Of a stretch of 26,385 nucleotides of DNA, positions 24,920-26,385 are shown piece by piece. The first letter of the stretch is position 1; each line of letters begins with the position of its first letter. Source of the stretch: a virus (taxonomy: Duplodnaviria > Caudoviricetes); IMG/VR virus record IMGVR_UViG_3300042560_002128, positions 1-26,385 of that record. One strand, given 5' to 3'. The position numbers and the translations under genes were made by a program. The notes under the pieces were generated by a model, which saw only the letters and a program-made list of their open reading frames with translations, searched no databases and was not told the DNA's origin.

Positions 24920-25754
24920 TTGGAAGCAAATACTCTCTTACACGATCTATCTTAAACAATTCTGGAGGCAAAAGATCATGCGAATACGGAACTAAAACGT
25001 GATCTTTACGCCCTAACGGGTCAGTCCCACCGGCTTCTGGTTGATATTGCTCGATAAAATCAAGCATTTCCTGGCTATAGGCGGGTGCTACAGCATTAGG
25101 GATGTCGTCATAGCAGTGAGAGAACGAAGTTACCTTACGTTTTTTACGATTTGCGTCGCCCATCCACGAGAAATGCCAACCTGCATCGCAGTCTCCAACG
25201 ATATAGTCGTTTGGATTGCAACGAATTTGTGAGAGAGTCTGCTCCAGATGCTCGTGGAGCACAACTGTCCCACAAGTCCAGTTTGTCGGAGGTTTAGAGG
25301 AATCCTGTTCGGGATCAACAACCCTCAAATCCGCACGTCCATAAAACATAGGCATAGACAGTCGGATACAACGCTCGGGATTTGCTGTTGCAAGTTCGAC
25401 TGCCTCTAACAAAGCTGAAGGTTTTGGAATCTCGTCTACGTCACTAAAGAAGAAAACAGAATCCGGAGGCGTCATCCGCATACCCACAGCGAGTGCATCG
25501 CGCTGGGCGTACTCTCGCATCCAAGGATTAAACACTTCTTCGGGAGAAGGTAGTTCCACATGGAGAACCTGAAGTTTATCTTCAGGAAAACCAAGCTCAC
25601 GAATTGTATCTACGCACGTAAAAGGCTTAGGATCGCCCTTAAATGTTCTGTTTGCGTCCGTAATAATAAAACCGTCTACAACGTCTTTGAGGATGTTGTA
25701 GCGAAGCTCTAACAGCTCTTTTTCGTCAAAATAAAGAAAGCAATCAAAGAGCAC
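24912..25754 (-). CDS. glycosyltransferase family 17 (MGAT3/GnT-III-like)
   Basis: 'DCFLYFDEKELLELR...L..VVD.FII....RTF.G..KP', 'W.RE..QR', 'SDVDEIP' (DxD) and 'GWHFSW' are GT17 motifs. Confidence 0.85.
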   Translation of the reverse strand: MLFDCFLYFDEKELLELRYNILKDVVDGFIITDANRTFKGDPKPFTCVDTIRELGFPEDKLQVLHVELPSPEEVFNPWMREYAQRDALAVGMRMTPPDSVFFFSDVDEIPKPSALLEAVELATANPERCIRLSMPMFYGRADLRVVDPEQDSSKPPTNWTCGTVVLHEHLEQTLSQIRCNPNDYIVGDCDAGWHFSWMGDANRKKRKVTSFSHCYDDIPNAVAPAYSQEMLDFIEQYQPEAGGTDPLGRKDHVLVPYSHDLLPPELFKIDRVREYLLPNG

Positions 25755-25780
25755 GGTGCCGACATTTAACTGTCAACATA

Positions 25781-26092
25781 TTAGCTCATAGATTGGGTAG
25801 GAGTTCCGCCTCCAGCTCTGAATTTGATGCCGTTGGAACCATTTTGCTGCGAAAGTGACTTACGGAGCATAAAACGTTTCATATCTTCTACACGACCATC
25901 ATCTTCTTTATACGCACCGAATGCGCCGAACTTAGGAGGAACGGGACCACCAGTCGGTTGGGACGCAAGATCCGTGGCGTATCCGACATTTTCAACACCG
26001 GGCTGCTGCAGAAATTGTTGAGCATCCGCAGCTTGACTTTGAGCGTCAAAAGCCTGAGCGTAAAAATTAGCGGCGCGACGGAACTGATCCAT
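25781..26092 (-). CDS. hypothetical protein
   Basis: 103-aa ORF, co-oriented, 2 nt after the upstream stop. Confidence 0.65.
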   Translation of the reverse strand: MDQFRRAANFYAQAFDAQSQAADAQQFLQQPGVENVGYATDLASQPTGGPVPPKFGAFGAYKEDDGRVEDMKRFMLRKSLSQQNGSNGIKFRAGGGTPTQSMS

Positions 26093-26094
26093 GA

Positions 26095-26307
26095 TTAAGA
26101 GTTCTTTCTTTCAATGTACTTGGAAGCTTTACGTCTTGCCTCTTTAGCCTTCTCGGTATTGGAAACTTGAGTATTTACAGGTTTCCCACGGGTTGCGGCT
26201 TTCTTTTTTTCATCTGTAGCACGGCGTTCTTCTGCGGATAAAGATGCCCACGCGGATCTAGGTAAATATCGTTCGGTTCTTCCGCCTTCGCGAGCCAAAT
26301 CAGCCAT
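26095..26307 (-). CDS. small basic phage protein (DUF5872-like)
   Basis: 'ERYLP..AW..LS..ER.ATD.KKK' motif. Start moved to ATG 26307, which overlaps the upstream TAA (TAATG). Confidence 0.7.
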   Translation of the reverse strand: MADLAREGGRTERYLPRSAWASLSAEERRATDEKKKAATRGKPVNTQVSNTEKAKEARRKASKYIERKNS

Positions 26308-26384
26308 TACTGTATCGGACCTCCATAAAGCCATGCGTCACAAGTACGTCTGGATGCACACTTAAACTTAAATAACTGACAATA
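26307..26384 (-). CDS. C-terminal end of a Cys-rich conserved phage protein (5' truncated by the window)
   Basis: Manual translation ...YCQLFKFKCASRRTCDAWLYGGPIQ*. Confidence 0.6.
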   Translation of the reverse strand, partial: YCQLFKFKCASRRTCDAWLYGGPIQ

Positions 26385-26385
26385 T

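Noticed and set aside
26308-26334. ORF-track start of the 26095-26334 ORF
   Set aside because: The region belongs to the C-terminus of the upstream gene; the TAATG-coupled ATG at 26307 is more plausible.
1-26385. tRNA, rRNA, CRISPR array, integrase, terminase, or stop-codon reassignment
   Set aside because: None recognised by eye; genes tile densely under the standard code and use TAA, TAG and TGA as stops.

Overview
This window is a 26.4-kb fragment of a tailed dsDNA bacteriophage genome, probably an aquatic or cyanobacterial phage (inferred from gene content). The minus strand carries the virion module. From right to left it holds a GT17-family glycosyltransferase, a portal-like protein, a scaffold-like protein, the major capsid protein, a capsid-associated protein, an HhH protein, probable internal and structural proteins, a lambda-R-like lysozyme fused to an M23-like domain, and tail-fibre and LamG/SPRY proteins. 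A plus-strand regulatory cluster (about 4.7-7.9 kb) holds HNH-like Zn-loop proteins, a winged-HTH protein and a degenerate adenine methyltransferase, with an HTH-Dps pair at 10.8-11.6 kb. The best-supported unusual feature is a 1127-nt group I intron (19576-20702) that splits the major capsid gene and carries a double-motif LAGLIDADG endonuclease gene antisense in its P8 loop. Other leads are strong Ser-Gly enrichment in presumed surface proteins next to a glycosyltransferase (possible virion O-glycosylation), a circularly permuted M23 domain, a 506-nt dual-coding portal/scaffold overlap, an inverted-repeat-flanked AT-rich element and a candidate structured RNA. All product calls come from motif recognition by eye; no database search was run.
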